64,000 bases of DNA. Source: Bryobacteraceae bacterium (GTDB lineage: Bacteria > Acidobacteriota > Terriglobia > Bryobacterales > Bryobacteraceae). The first letter of the stretch is position 1. The number at the start of each line of letters is the position of its first letter. Positions 9,227 through 18,907 of this stretch are shown here, piece after piece. The translations under genes and the position numbers were made by a program. Location of the stretch: assembly GCA_963833675.1 (NCBI GenBank), contig CAWHYW010000006.1:21364-85363 (forward strand). The letters run 5' to 3'. The notes under the pieces were generated by a model, which saw only the letters and a list, made by a program, of their open reading frames with translations, made no database searches and was not told the origin of the DNA.

Positions 9227-12200
9227 CCAGACTCCGCCGCGCAGGACAGATGTCTTTGTAGTACTCGCAGCGGAAGCAATGGTCTCCCGTGTTCAGCGGA
9301 TATTCGAGCGTAGCCTGCGCGGAGATGAACGCGCGAACATGCTCTCGAACCGCGTTGAGCTGCAGCGGTGAAAGATCTACCTCGACCAATTCATCCGGGC
9401 GTAGGAAATGTAGATAGGCGCGCGTCACCGGCCTGCCGGCGATCTGTTCCAGCGCAATTGCGTACAGGCGCAATTGCAGTTCGTACGCGTGGATTCTCCG
9501 CGGATCGATCGGCGCGCGAACTCGGTCCGTTTTGTAATCGACTAAAACCAATTCCCGGTTGTGCTCAAACCATAAATCGATCTGGCCGCGCAACACGAGC
9601 CCATCAATCGATACCAGAAAATCGTATTCATGTTCCCTGCGCGTCGCGCGCAGCGCACGCTTCCCGATCGCGCTCGTTAGAAAGCGATCCGCCAGTTCAA
9701 CCGATTCCGCCGCTGCATCCTGTACCGGAATTCCGGCGAGAATCTTATGGACTTGCGTACCGATCTCGCTTGCTTCCAATTCACCGGTATCCACTCTCGG
9801 CAAATCTTCCATGTCCACGAACGTCTTCGAACCCGCGTCCCAACCGATGTACCGCGACAGGAAATACTTGCGTGGGCACTGCGCAAACACGCTGATATCC
9901 GTGATTGATGCCGTCGAGTCGTGCTGATCCTGTCGCGGCAATCGATCTATGTAGATGTTCGTCGGCAGCACGGCATCCGGCGGTGGCGCCTCCATCGGCG
10001 CGGGAGCTGCGTTGGCCTCAAGGATCGAGACACGTCCGTCGCGCGGCTCGACCAGTTGTTGCGAGATAAGACGCGCCCACGGGCCGGGTCCGCGCTTGTC
10101 ATTGGTCGAGTACGAGAGCACCATATGACTCTTGGCGCGTGTCATTCCAACATACAGAAGCCGGTTCTCCTCGCCCGCCTGCATGAGCTTCGCAAGGTCT
10201 GTGTTCTTACCGTGCGCAGCATCCGGGACGCCCTTCCGGGTTGCTGGATCGCGCCACTTCACACCTAGCCCATGCGGATGCGTGTAGCCGATGATCGGTG
10301 TGCCTGTGCCTCGATCGCGGTGAAGATAGGGGAGAAACACGACCGGGAACTCGAGACCCTTTGATTTATGGATGGTCATCAGGCGAACCGCATCGCCGAA
10401 GTCGGCCGGAGGCGCTTCCGCCTCTGGCGAAGCGTCACGGATGTAGTCGAGAGCATCGGAGAGCGAGCCCGGCGACGCTTGATGGCGAGATCGAAGAGCA
10501 GATAGGAATTTTTCGACATTGGCGCGGCCGCGAGCCGTCAGGCCGCTTTCGTAATCGCAATGGTCGAGAACTCTGCGTAGCAATTGATCGGGACTAACGC
10601 AGTTTCGAATGCCGCGCAGCTCCTCAATCATGCCCCAGTTCGCAGGGGGCTTTCTCAGGACACCTTTATATAGCTCACCGCCGCTGCTCAGCAGCAATAA
10701 ATCTTCGTCAGAGACACCGAAGAGGGGCGACCGCAATAGGCCGGCAAGAGCAATCTCGTCGCGCGGATTGACGAGCACGCTCAACAACAGGATGAGATCG
10801 TTGACCTCGCGTGTCTCATAAAAGGTCTGGCCGCCGAGTACAAGTGATGGAATGCGGAATTCGTCAAGTGCTCGCTGCAACTCGCCAAGCGCCATGTTCG
10901 CTCGCGTCAGAATCGCGATGTCTCGATATTGAAAGCGGCCGATCAGCTCGCAGATGCGGCGCGCCACCCATAGCGATTCGATTCGCTCTGCAGCCTCCGT
11001 ATTCTCGCCGTTGGTGATAATGACGTCGACTGCCGGCTCCAGCTGCGGGAGGAAGTCTTCACGGCCGCTTGTCAGCTCATGGGCCTCGATTCCGGGCGCC
11101 GGACCGGCGAAGGTTTTATTGACGACTCCTAACAATTCCTCTCGGCTGCGGTAGTTCGCCCGCAACTCGTCTATCGCCTTCCCTTCTCTTTCGAGAGCCG
11201 CGCGATAGCTCGCGTACAGCTCGGGTTCAGCGTAGCGGAATCCGAAGATCGACTGATTGACATCACCGACTGCGAAGAATGAATCGGGCCTGCGGATCAG
11301 ACCCATCAGTTTCCATTGCAGAGGGTTCGTATCCTGCAGCTCATCCATCAATATGTGATCGAAACCGGCCTGCACACGCCTGCGGAGCTCCTCATCGGAT
11401 TGGAGTAAGCGTATTGCAAACTCCTCCAGGTCGTCGAAGTCGAGGGCGGATTGCTCGCGCTTTCGCTGCCGGTAAGCCGCGTCTATCCGCTCCAGTGATT
11501 CGATGATGAGATCGCGTTCCTCTGTGTAGTATTCAATCAGCAGATGCGATCGCAGGCCCTCAGCCGTCTCGCGGACAGCAACTTGTGATTCCCGCGCAAC
11601 GCTTCCTTTCGGCAGATGGTTCTTGTTGAAGTTTGCAGTCGAGAGAAGCTGAAACCAACGCACCGATGGCCGGTGCGGCAGGTCGACAACTTCGCGGCAC
11701 CACTCGAGATAGCTCGCGTGCGTTTCCTTCGTTGGACGAAGGCGTTCGTTCAAAACTGCTGCGGCAAGCCGTTGAAGATCCTGATAGGGTGTGGGCTCCT
11801 TGATGAGTCGCGCTTGACGAATCTCCGTGCCTGCAATGCGCATGCTCTCGTAGATGGCGATAAGCGATGAGGCAAGATCGGGAACCCATTGACTCTCCTT
11901 CTCCATCACCGCTAGGGATCGCAGGAATCGCCGCATGCGATCCGGCTGCTCCGCGTAAATCGACTCCAGTACCTCGTCGGCGACTTGCCTCAACAGCTTG
12001 CCCGGCTGCTCCAGTACTTGAAACTGCGGATCGATACCTGCAATGATCGCGTTCTCGCGAAGCAGCCGCGCACAGAAGCCGTGAATCGTAGAAACGTAAG
12101 CGCGCTCGATCTGTTCACGGATCTCCGGAGCGTGGGCGAAAGCACGCACCATCCGCTCCTTGATTTCGGTGGCCGCTTTGTCGGTAAACGTGATCGCAAG

Positions 12201-12365
12201 AATACGGCCTGGGTCAACACCGTGCTTGCTGACCAACCACGTGAAGCGCTCGATCAGTACGCTTGTCTTACCGGATCCGGGTCCGGCAACCACGCAAACG
12301 TCCTGATTGAGGCGATGCGCGGCATGAATCTGCCGCTCGCTCAATCGCGATTTCAGATCACCCAC
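9204..12365 (-). CDS. addA: UvrD-type helicase / PD-(D/E)XK nuclease, AddA-like subunit
   Basis: GTG start directly abuts the addB stop. Walker A GPGSGKTSVLIERF, UvrD helicase motifs, C-terminal nuclease (VLVDYKTD). Flanking cysteines QCPRKYF ... CFRCEYYKDIC. Confidence 0.88.
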   Translation of the reverse strand: MGDLKSRLSERQIHAAHRLNQDVCVVAGPGSGKTSVLIERFTWLVSKHGVDPGRILAITFTDKAATEIKERMVRAFAHAPEIREQIERAYVSTIHGFCARLLRENAIIAGIDPQFQVLEQPGKLLRQVADEVLESIYAEQPDRMRRFLRSLAVMEKESQWVPDLASSLIAIYESMRIAGTEIRQARLIKEPTPYQDLQRLAAAVLNERLRPTKETHASYLEWCREVVDLPHRPSVRWFQLLSTANFNKNHLPKGSVARESQVAVRETAEGLRSHLLIEYYTEERDLIIESLERIDAAYRQRKREQSALDFDDLEEFAIRLLQSDEELRRRVQAGFDHILMDELQDTNPLQWKLMGLIRRPDSFFAVGDVNQSIFGFRYAEPELYASYRAALEREGKAIDELRANYRSREELLGVVNKTFAGPAPGIEAHELTSGREDFLPQLEPAVDVIITNGENTEAAERIESLWVARRICELIGRFQYRDIAILTRANMALGELQRALDEFRIPSLVLGGQTFYETREVNDLILLLSVLVNPRDEIALAGLLRSPLFGVSDEDLLLLSSGGELYKGVLRKPPANWGMIEELRGIRNCVSPDQLLRRVLDHCDYESGLTARGRANVEKFLSALRSRHQASPGSLSDALDYIRDASPEAEAPPADFGDAVRLMTIHKSKGLEFPVVFLPYLHRDRGTGTPIIGYTHPHGLGVKWRDPATRKGVPDAAHGKNTDLAKLMQAGEENRLLYVGMTRAKSHMVLSYSTNDKRGPGPWARLISQQLVEPRDGRVSILEANAAPAPMEAPPPDAVLPTNIYIDRLPRQDQHDSTASITDISVFAQCPRKYFLSRYIGWDAGSKTFVDMEDLPRVDTGELEASEIGTQVHKILAGIPVQDAAAESVELADRFLTSAIGKRALRATRREHEYDFLVSIDGLVLRGQIDLWFEHNRELVLVDYKTDRVRAPIDPRRIHAYELQLRLYAIALEQIAGRPVTRAYLHFLRPDELVEVDLSPLQLNAVREHVRAFISAQATLEYPLNTGDHCFRCEYYKDICPARRSLAIAVSRS

Positions 12366-15044
12366 TCAATTGCCCACCTTCTTAGCCTGCTCCATCGCGG
12401 CTACTTCGTACCGGCAAGCACTCATGAAATCGCAGTAGTCGCACTTCGTCTCATCCGCAGGCTTTGGTGCGATGGAGCCCTCCCGAATGCTGGAGATCGC
12501 AAGCAATGTGTCTTCGCGCGCCTGTTCGATTACCGTTTGCAACTGTTCGGGTTCAACTGCCTGCTTAATTTCGGGGTATCGCGACGAGGTCATCCATCCG
12601 GCAAAGGTCACATCGCGCTTGATGCCGCAATAGAACATGTCGGCAGGCTTGTAGCCCATCCGCTCGGCAGCGAGCAGATACAAACCGCCTTGCACAGCAG
12701 TTCGCTCCTCATGGCCTTTCTTGCTCTTGTCGGTTCCGAGCTTGCTCTTGTACTTGTAGTCGATGACCGTTGCATTACCGTCCGCGTGGACCTCGATACG
12801 ATCGACTGTCCCGCTCAGCAAAGCCCCTTCGCCCAATTCGAGAAGGAACGGTTCCTCATACAACGATTCGATGCCGCGAGAGAGTCGTTCGTCGGCCTCC
12901 ATCATCTCCAGGTTGTATAGCAACTCGAGCCGGATCGCCTCCGTGCGGTAGCCCTCCGGCACACAGGCCTCAGCGCAGTAATTCGCGAACACCTCCTCGA
13001 ACACCTCCGAGACACGACGCCGTTCTCGATGCGACCGCTCCAGCACGCGATGCACGATACTGCCCTGCACCAATGCGTTCAGTCTTTCCCATGGCTGCTC
13101 GGGCGCTCCACGCAACCTCAGGGTCCGTTGCGCGAAGAATTGAAACGGACACTGCAGATAAGTCTCGATGTGAGTGGGAGCGAATTTTGTGTGACGCGAG
13201 GCGAGTTCCGTTCGACCGGCTTGTGTCGCTATCAAGGGCATCGGTTCTAAAGCTCGTTCTCGCTCGGGCTGCGGCCGGACATCAGCCGCCCGATCTTCCA
13301 CAAATGGTCGTGCGTGATGCAGGAAGAAAGACGGCAGATTCGCTTCTCCCTTCGCATTCAACTGCGGGTAGCTAAGCACTAACGCCTCGCTCGCGCGAGT
13401 CAGCGCGAGGTCGAAGAGAAAGCGCTCATCAGCCTGCCGTTGCAGGCTGGTCCTCAGTTGCACGCCCGCAGATTGCATCCGCATCCGAATCGAATCGGGA
13501 AGGATTGCGTCTTCGGTCTGATATTTCGGAAACTCCTTCTCCAGCAAGCCGCAGACGAAGACAACCGGAAGGCCCCACTGTCTGGCTTCGAACGCGTCGA
13601 TAACGTGCACGACGTCACGGCGATGGTCCGGTACCCGCAACTCCGAAGATGCCAATACCGTCTCGACAGCATCCCAGTATTGCTTGCATTCGATCGGCGC
13701 AGCGGCATCAAGTACCGATGCGGCCGAGTCGCACGCCGACTCAAAGGCGTCTAGGGCCGCCGCATGGGATCTCCATAGGAGCGCCAACTCATGCGAGATC
13801 CGATCATGCAAATCCATCGGCGCAAAGATCGATCGCAATCTTCGCAGCCGGGAGGCCCAAGTGCTTGGGAAAGCTTTGCCCGTCATCCATGGCGTTAGGG
13901 AATCGAGATCATTCAAGACGCCTTGAACTGAATCATCGCCGAGTGTCCGTAGCGTTTCCAGGCCCGCTCCGGGAACTCGCTTGAGAACGGCATATTCGAA
14001 CGCGTCACCGGCGCCTCCGGCCTCTAGCGGCGAGCCGGGCAGTCGCAGAGCCCTTAATGTCGCGACGTGGTCCCATCCGCTGAGCAGCGCCTCCATTACC
14101 CCGCGGAAGAAGCGGACGGCAGGAGCATCCTCCAGAGGGGATGAGAAGTAAAAACGCGCTGGGATGCCGAAGCGCTGAAATGCTGAGCGTAGCGCCGGAA
14201 CATAGGTCGCTTCGCTCCGTACCAATACGCCCATCTCACGCCACGGCCGGCCGTTGTCATGCGCCTGGATTATTCTCCGCGCGATCTCGGACACCTCAGC
14301 ATCGAGCGTTGGAGCGACACACAGTGTCCGGTGCGCGGACGACCGCGATGGGTCCAACCTCTCAATCTTCGTGGCGATCTCCGATAAGGCATCGATCGTC
14401 GGCTTGGCGCCCGGCCATTCCGCCAGCGCCACCGTGAGCTCAACCTGGCGCGCCAGTGTTCGAATCACTTCCAGCTCCGGCGCGGTGAAAGAATAGAAGC
14501 CGGTGAAGACCAGTTCCTTCACGCCTGCACAGCCTTTTTCTGCGATCGTGGCTGAGGCTTGCCGAAGCTGAGCGGCACGCAGGGAGAGATTCCGCTGTTT
14601 CAAAGCGGCAAGGACATCGGTGTAGATGGCAATAAAATCCGGTTCGACACCGCACCGAACGAGATCATCGACGGATCCACCGGCCGAGGAGAACTCCTCC
14701 ACAATGTGCACAATCGAGGACCGAAATCCGGCGAAGTCGCGTACCCCGGCGTATCTCTTTAGAGGAGTCCGCGCCAGCACTTCGGCGACAAGGATCTCGA
14801 TTGCGCCCGAACCCACCCCCGGAGTTGAAATACAGTACGGTTCGACGAACTTGGTGAACGTTGAAACCACGGCCGGTTTGAAGACGAACCCTTCCCGTGC
14901 AAACTCGTTGCGCAGGTGCTCGCCCATAGTCGCGGTGGGAACGATGAGCCGGCAGTCGCTGCGTTTGGCGCGCAACACCGCCCGCAATTGCTGCATGCAA
15001 TGCGTCGTTTTACGGGAACCTGGTGGGCCAAGGATCAGTCGCAT
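12366..15044 (-). CDS. addB: AddB-like helicase-nuclease subunit with Fe-S-type nuclease domain
   Basis: GPPGSRKT P-loop, C-terminal PD-(D/E)XK (VIDYKYK) bracketed by QCPFQFF and CDYCDFMSAC. 892 aa. Confidence 0.85.
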   Translation of the reverse strand: MRLILGPPGSRKTTHCMQQLRAVLRAKRSDCRLIVPTATMGEHLRNEFAREGFVFKPAVVSTFTKFVEPYCISTPGVGSGAIEILVAEVLARTPLKRYAGVRDFAGFRSSIVHIVEEFSSAGGSVDDLVRCGVEPDFIAIYTDVLAALKQRNLSLRAAQLRQASATIAEKGCAGVKELVFTGFYSFTAPELEVIRTLARQVELTVALAEWPGAKPTIDALSEIATKIERLDPSRSSAHRTLCVAPTLDAEVSEIARRIIQAHDNGRPWREMGVLVRSEATYVPALRSAFQRFGIPARFYFSSPLEDAPAVRFFRGVMEALLSGWDHVATLRALRLPGSPLEAGGAGDAFEYAVLKRVPGAGLETLRTLGDDSVQGVLNDLDSLTPWMTGKAFPSTWASRLRRLRSIFAPMDLHDRISHELALLWRSHAAALDAFESACDSAASVLDAAAPIECKQYWDAVETVLASSELRVPDHRRDVVHVIDAFEARQWGLPVVFVCGLLEKEFPKYQTEDAILPDSIRMRMQSAGVQLRTSLQRQADERFLFDLALTRASEALVLSYPQLNAKGEANLPSFFLHHARPFVEDRAADVRPQPERERALEPMPLIATQAGRTELASRHTKFAPTHIETYLQCPFQFFAQRTLRLRGAPEQPWERLNALVQGSIVHRVLERSHRERRRVSEVFEEVFANYCAEACVPEGYRTEAIRLELLYNLEMMEADERLSRGIESLYEEPFLLELGEGALLSGTVDRIEVHADGNATVIDYKYKSKLGTDKSKKGHEERTAVQGGLYLLAAERMGYKPADMFYCGIKRDVTFAGWMTSSRYPEIKQAVEPEQLQTVIEQAREDTLLAISSIREGSIAPKPADETKCDYCDFMSACRYEVAAMEQAKKVGN

Positions 15045-15081
15045 TGGGCCTTGGCCCAGTATACCTGTAGTAGCGCCTACA

Positions 15082-15363
15082 CTAACTTGCGATCGCTTCG
15101 AGCATGCTGCTCACGCGAACTTCCAAGCCGAAGGACCGGAGCGCATCACGCACCTCGTACAGGTGCTGCTCATACGCGGGAAATTCCACAGTGGTGGGCA
15201 AACCGTGATAGATCTGTGGGTTAATCGGGAAGTTCACGCCAGCAAGACATTCCAGCACGTCTTCCAGCAACCGGGGATCGGTATCAACCCGAACCAGGAC
15301 TAGTTCTCCTTCGCGACCCGTCAAATGGGGGTGCAACGGCAGAACCGTGGGCCGAACGCTCAT
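15082..15363 (-). CDS. Small hypothetical protein upstream of addB-addA
   Basis: The ORF track starts at 15375, but GGAGGA followed by ATG 15363 (MSVRPTVLPL...) is the better start. 93 aa, no family recognised. It lies 37 nt upstream of addB on the same strand. Confidence 0.55.
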   Translation of the reverse strand: MSVRPTVLPLHPHLTGREGELVLVRVDTDPRLLEDVLECLAGVNFPINPQIYHGLPTTVEFPAYEQHLYEVRDALRSFGLEVRVSSMLEAIAS

Positions 15364-15390
15364 AGATTCCTCCATGGCGACCGGCCTTCA

Positions 15391-15425
15391 TGAAAAAACC
15401 CTGGACTTGGGAGTCGCAGGGTTTA
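15391..15425 (-). terminator. Rho-independent terminator-like hairpin
   Basis: The minus-strand RNA reads AACCCUG-13 nt loop-CAGGGUU followed by UUUUUC. It is ~150 nt downstream of the PPC-domain gene and ~15 nt upstream of the small-ORF SD. Confidence 0.6.
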
Positions 15426-15572
15426 AAATTCTCGGAGACCGACTCGCCTTTAGCACTTTTTTACGTGGTTGCAATTAGCTTGGACTCAGAGGAGCCGGGC
15501 CCTAAATCGATCCACGTTTTTCGATTTTTATGATAACACTACCCCCATTTGTAGGCAAGAGATTTCTTACGG

Positions 15573-17945
15573 TTAAGGCTTTGCGGCGATCGTCTTTGGC
15601 TTAACTTTCAGCCGAATGGCTTGGGGCGCCGCGAAACTGGTATCCAGCGGCGACCGGGTCTCAACCTTCGCCGCGACGTAGATGTCCTGGTCGACGGGAG
15701 CTACGTTGTCCAGAGCTTCGATCGTGAAGGTCCTCTTGGTCTCGTCTTCGTTAATGAGTACGCCGTTCAGTCCAACATCCAATACGCGGACGCGCGGTGG
15801 AAGATTGCGGACCTCGACCGGAACACGACCGCCGAATCCGTTCTGTCGAGCGATGGTGACCGCGACCTCGGCCTTGCCGCCGGGTTCGAGGATCACTTCT
15901 CTGGTCTCGGCAGTCATGACCACATCCGGCTTCGGCATCAATGCGACAAACTTCAGTTTGTCCTCCGGATTGGCATAGCGGATCAGTTTGTCCGCGTGTC
16001 CGGCCACCGTCAGCGGCACGGCAGGCGTCATCTTCGCATTGTCATCGGCCGAGAGAAGGACGGTTGTCGAGATCTGGCCCGGTTGAACGACGGCCTTTCC
16101 GGCATGCATGCCGGCAGGCAGCCCTTCGAGCATGATTTCGATCGGTCCGTTGAAGCCATCCAAACGTAGGGCAGTGACGGTGAGCGGTACCGTTCCTCCC
16201 GCAGGAACGTTGGGATTTCGGGGGCTTACGGACAGGCGAAAATCGGGGCGAGGTTCGCGAATGTTCAAACGATACGCATAGTCCTCACCGCTCGCGCCTA
16301 TTACATCGCGCAGACGCACGATGTAATCGCCATCGGCGGGGGCTGTGAAATCGAGCTTCGAGTCTTTTCCGAATCCCGGTCCGCCATCGTCGTTATGAGC
16401 ATGGACTCGAACGAGAGGCAGTCCATTGGGAGTGAACTGCGCGCCCGGAGGATGTACCTGGACCTTATAGATTGGCCGCTCAATGTGATGAGCTTCCCCT
16501 GAGGTTCCGAAGTAATCGATACGCTGCCCGCCGAAATTCTCCATGATCGTGTCGTCGTCGGGACCACGCGGCATCTCGAGGATGCGGAAGATTTCGTTGC
16601 CGCACATCAGGTAATCGCCAACCCCAAGTCCAGTGAGGGAAGAGAGTCGAATGTTACGAGACATCGAATCGTGATCGCGCAAGGCGACCGACGTCTCGGC
16701 GATCGCGCGAATCGTGGCGACTTCAATCGGCTTGCCTTCAGCGGTGAGGACCTCAATATCGGAATCGAATTCAGAACCGAAGCGGCGGGCTTGCACTTCA
16801 ATGACGAGCTTCTGTCCTTTGGTCGCGTGGAACTTGAAACGTTGGTCGACTCCGGGTTTTTCGATCTTGCCGTTGATCGTTACCGGAACGTTCACAGGCT
16901 GCGGCGTCTTTAGTGAGCTCGCTGTAGCGAGCACTTCCGGGTCTTGTCCAACAGCCAGCGTCAATTCGTTGAATGCGCCTTTAGGCCGGATGTGCAACTT
17001 GCCCGGCTCAGTAGCCGAGGCTTCGCCCCTTACGGCAAGCTTCGCCGGCGCATCGAACCCGCGGAGGCTTAGGTCCGCCTGCGATCCGGCTCGCACTCCG
17101 AGCGGAAATGCGCTTGTAATGTAGGGGAACTTGCCAACTTTAAGACGATAGGTGTGGCTCGCGCGTCCACTCTCCTGATAATCGGCAACACGAAGATAAT
17201 AAGAGCCGGCTTTGTCAAATTTATGATCGAACCGATTTACCGTGGGACCGCCGTCCGCGCCGAACTCCTTCACCACCGATTGATCCTCGCGCAAGATCGC
17301 GATCACGGGCTGGAGAGTGGAACCCGTCTCCATCGCGCCGTTTTCGAATACGAGCTCTTCGCCCGCCCGCACGTTGATCTTGAAATAGTCCACATCCCCC
17401 GGCCTGGCGATGTCGCCTGACAAAATCGCGGGCAGGAATGTCTCGACAGCGGTGTCGATCGTGTTGTTCGGTTCCTTATCGGGGCTTTCTCCCCAGAAGG
17501 GCTCGATCAGAAGCTGGCCTTCGGGAGTTGTGCCGAGCGGCGTTTGGAGCCGAAAGCCGACCGGGCCGATCTTGGCTTCGGGGTCAATGTCCAGCTCGAC
17601 AGTTACCTGGTTGCGCGGCGGCAGCGGTCCGAGATCAACGGTCGAAGGAGTGCCATTTGAGCCGAGCCGTATATCGGGCAGGTCGGGCAATTCTTTCACG
17701 CGAAGAATGCGGCCCTTGATACCGGGTTCATCAAAAAGGATGGCATCGGCATTCGCGAGGTTGAGTCCTTCTACCGTCAGCTCGACTGTAGTTCCGCGAG
17801 CGATCCCCTTTGGGGCGACGACGTTTACAGTGGGGGGCGTAGTGCGATTGCCGGTCGGATGCTCATCGGCTGCAAAGCAGAGCGTCACTTCGGCCATCAG
17901 GGCGCAGGCCGCGGACAATGTCGCGAGCAGGAAGGATCGTCGCAT
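15573..17945 (-). CDS. Secreted multi-domain protein with pre-peptidase C-terminal (PPC)-like domains
   Basis: Signal peptide. EPNNTIDTAVE...GDIARPGDVDYFKINVRAGEELVFE and a second ...DGDYIVRLRD...YAYRLNI are PPC-like jelly-roll signatures. It is the last gene of a tightly spaced four-gene operon. Confidence 0.7.
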   Translation of the reverse strand: MRRSFLLATLSAACALMAEVTLCFAADEHPTGNRTTPPTVNVVAPKGIARGTTVELTVEGLNLANADAILFDEPGIKGRILRVKELPDLPDIRLGSNGTPSTVDLGPLPPRNQVTVELDIDPEAKIGPVGFRLQTPLGTTPEGQLLIEPFWGESPDKEPNNTIDTAVETFLPAILSGDIARPGDVDYFKINVRAGEELVFENGAMETGSTLQPVIAILREDQSVVKEFGADGGPTVNRFDHKFDKAGSYYLRVADYQESGRASHTYRLKVGKFPYITSAFPLGVRAGSQADLSLRGFDAPAKLAVRGEASATEPGKLHIRPKGAFNELTLAVGQDPEVLATASSLKTPQPVNVPVTINGKIEKPGVDQRFKFHATKGQKLVIEVQARRFGSEFDSDIEVLTAEGKPIEVATIRAIAETSVALRDHDSMSRNIRLSSLTGLGVGDYLMCGNEIFRILEMPRGPDDDTIMENFGGQRIDYFGTSGEAHHIERPIYKVQVHPPGAQFTPNGLPLVRVHAHNDDGGPGFGKDSKLDFTAPADGDYIVRLRDVIGASGEDYAYRLNIREPRPDFRLSVSPRNPNVPAGGTVPLTVTALRLDGFNGPIEIMLEGLPAGMHAGKAVVQPGQISTTVLLSADDNAKMTPAVPLTVAGHADKLIRYANPEDKLKFVALMPKPDVVMTAETREVILEPGGKAEVAVTIARQNGFGGRVPVEVRNLPPRVRVLDVGLNGVLINEDETKRTFTIEALDNVAPVDQDIYVAAKVETRSPLDTSFAAPQAIRLKVKPKTIAAKP

Positions 17946-17949
17946 GAAT

Positions 17950-18906
17950 CTACCTCGATGCGGTGCGAACTTCCGCGAGATCTCGGAAGCCGTTCAGGTC
18001 ATAGATGCTGAGTGAGCCATCATAGCGGCCGGCGGCGAAAGTCTTGCCGTCTGGCGCGAACTCGAGGCCATTCGTCCAATCGGGTTGATGGGCGATTGTC
18101 TTGATTTCGGTCAACTCGGGCGCCTTGAAAACTTTGATCGTCTTATCGGCCGACGCCGATACGATCTTAGATCCATCGGGCGACCAGGCAAGCTTCAGAA
18201 TTGCGTCCTCGTGGGCGATCTGCGATTGCAAGAGCCGGCCGGATTTCGCCTCAAGGGCCCAGATCCGGATACTCTTATCCAGGCCCGCGGCCGCAACCAT
18301 TTTGCCCGTTGGATCGATTGCGATCGCGTTGATTCCGTCGGTCGGTTCACCGAGAGTATAGAGCCGCTCCCCGGAAGCGACGTCCCAAACCTTAATCGTG
18401 CGATCAGCCGCGCCGGAAAGCAGACGCGCGCCGTCGGGAGTGAAAGCGAGCGCATACACTGCATCAATGTGATCTTTGAATGTTCGGATTTGTTTCCCGG
18501 TTTGCACGTCCCAAAGCTTTACAAGCTTGTCATAGCTACACGTAGCGACGCTCTTGCCGTCAGGGGCGAAGGCGACCGCATGAATGGTGTCATAGTGGCC
18601 CGCGATCGTTGTCTTTAACGTGTGTGAAGCGACATCCCAGATTTTGACTTCACCGTTTTTCGCGGCGACTCCTCCGGCAGCAGCAAGCAGCGTACCGTCC
18701 TTGCTGAAAGCGACGGATCGGACAGTCTCCGCGTGATCAGGTAGCGTCGCCACAGGTTTGCGTGTGACTGTATCGATCAGCGTAACTTCTTTATACCGGC
18801 CGACAGCCATAATTTTGCCGTCGGGCGAGTAGGCCAGTGAAAAGATCTGCGGCTTCGCGGCGGCCAAAATCAGCGCAGGAGCGAGGAATGCAATGGCTGT
18901 GCGCAT
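17950..18906 (-). CDS. Secreted WD40-repeat beta-propeller protein
   Basis: Signal peptide plus repeated ...GH.D.V.AVAF.PDG...S.S.DKT(V/I)K(I/L/V)WD units (VKIWDV, VKLWDV, IKVWDV, IRIWAL). Confidence 0.85.
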   Translation of the reverse strand: MRTAIAFLAPALILAAAKPQIFSLAYSPDGKIMAVGRYKEVTLIDTVTRKPVATLPDHAETVRSVAFSKDGTLLAAAGGVAAKNGEVKIWDVASHTLKTTIAGHYDTIHAVAFAPDGKSVATCSYDKLVKLWDVQTGKQIRTFKDHIDAVYALAFTPDGARLLSGAADRTIKVWDVASGERLYTLGEPTDGINAIAIDPTGKMVAAAGLDKSIRIWALEAKSGRLLQSQIAHEDAILKLAWSPDGSKIVSASADKTIKVFKAPELTEIKTIAHQPDWTNGLEFAPDGKTFAAGRYDGSLSIYDLNGFRDLAEVRTASR

Positions 18907-18907
18907 A

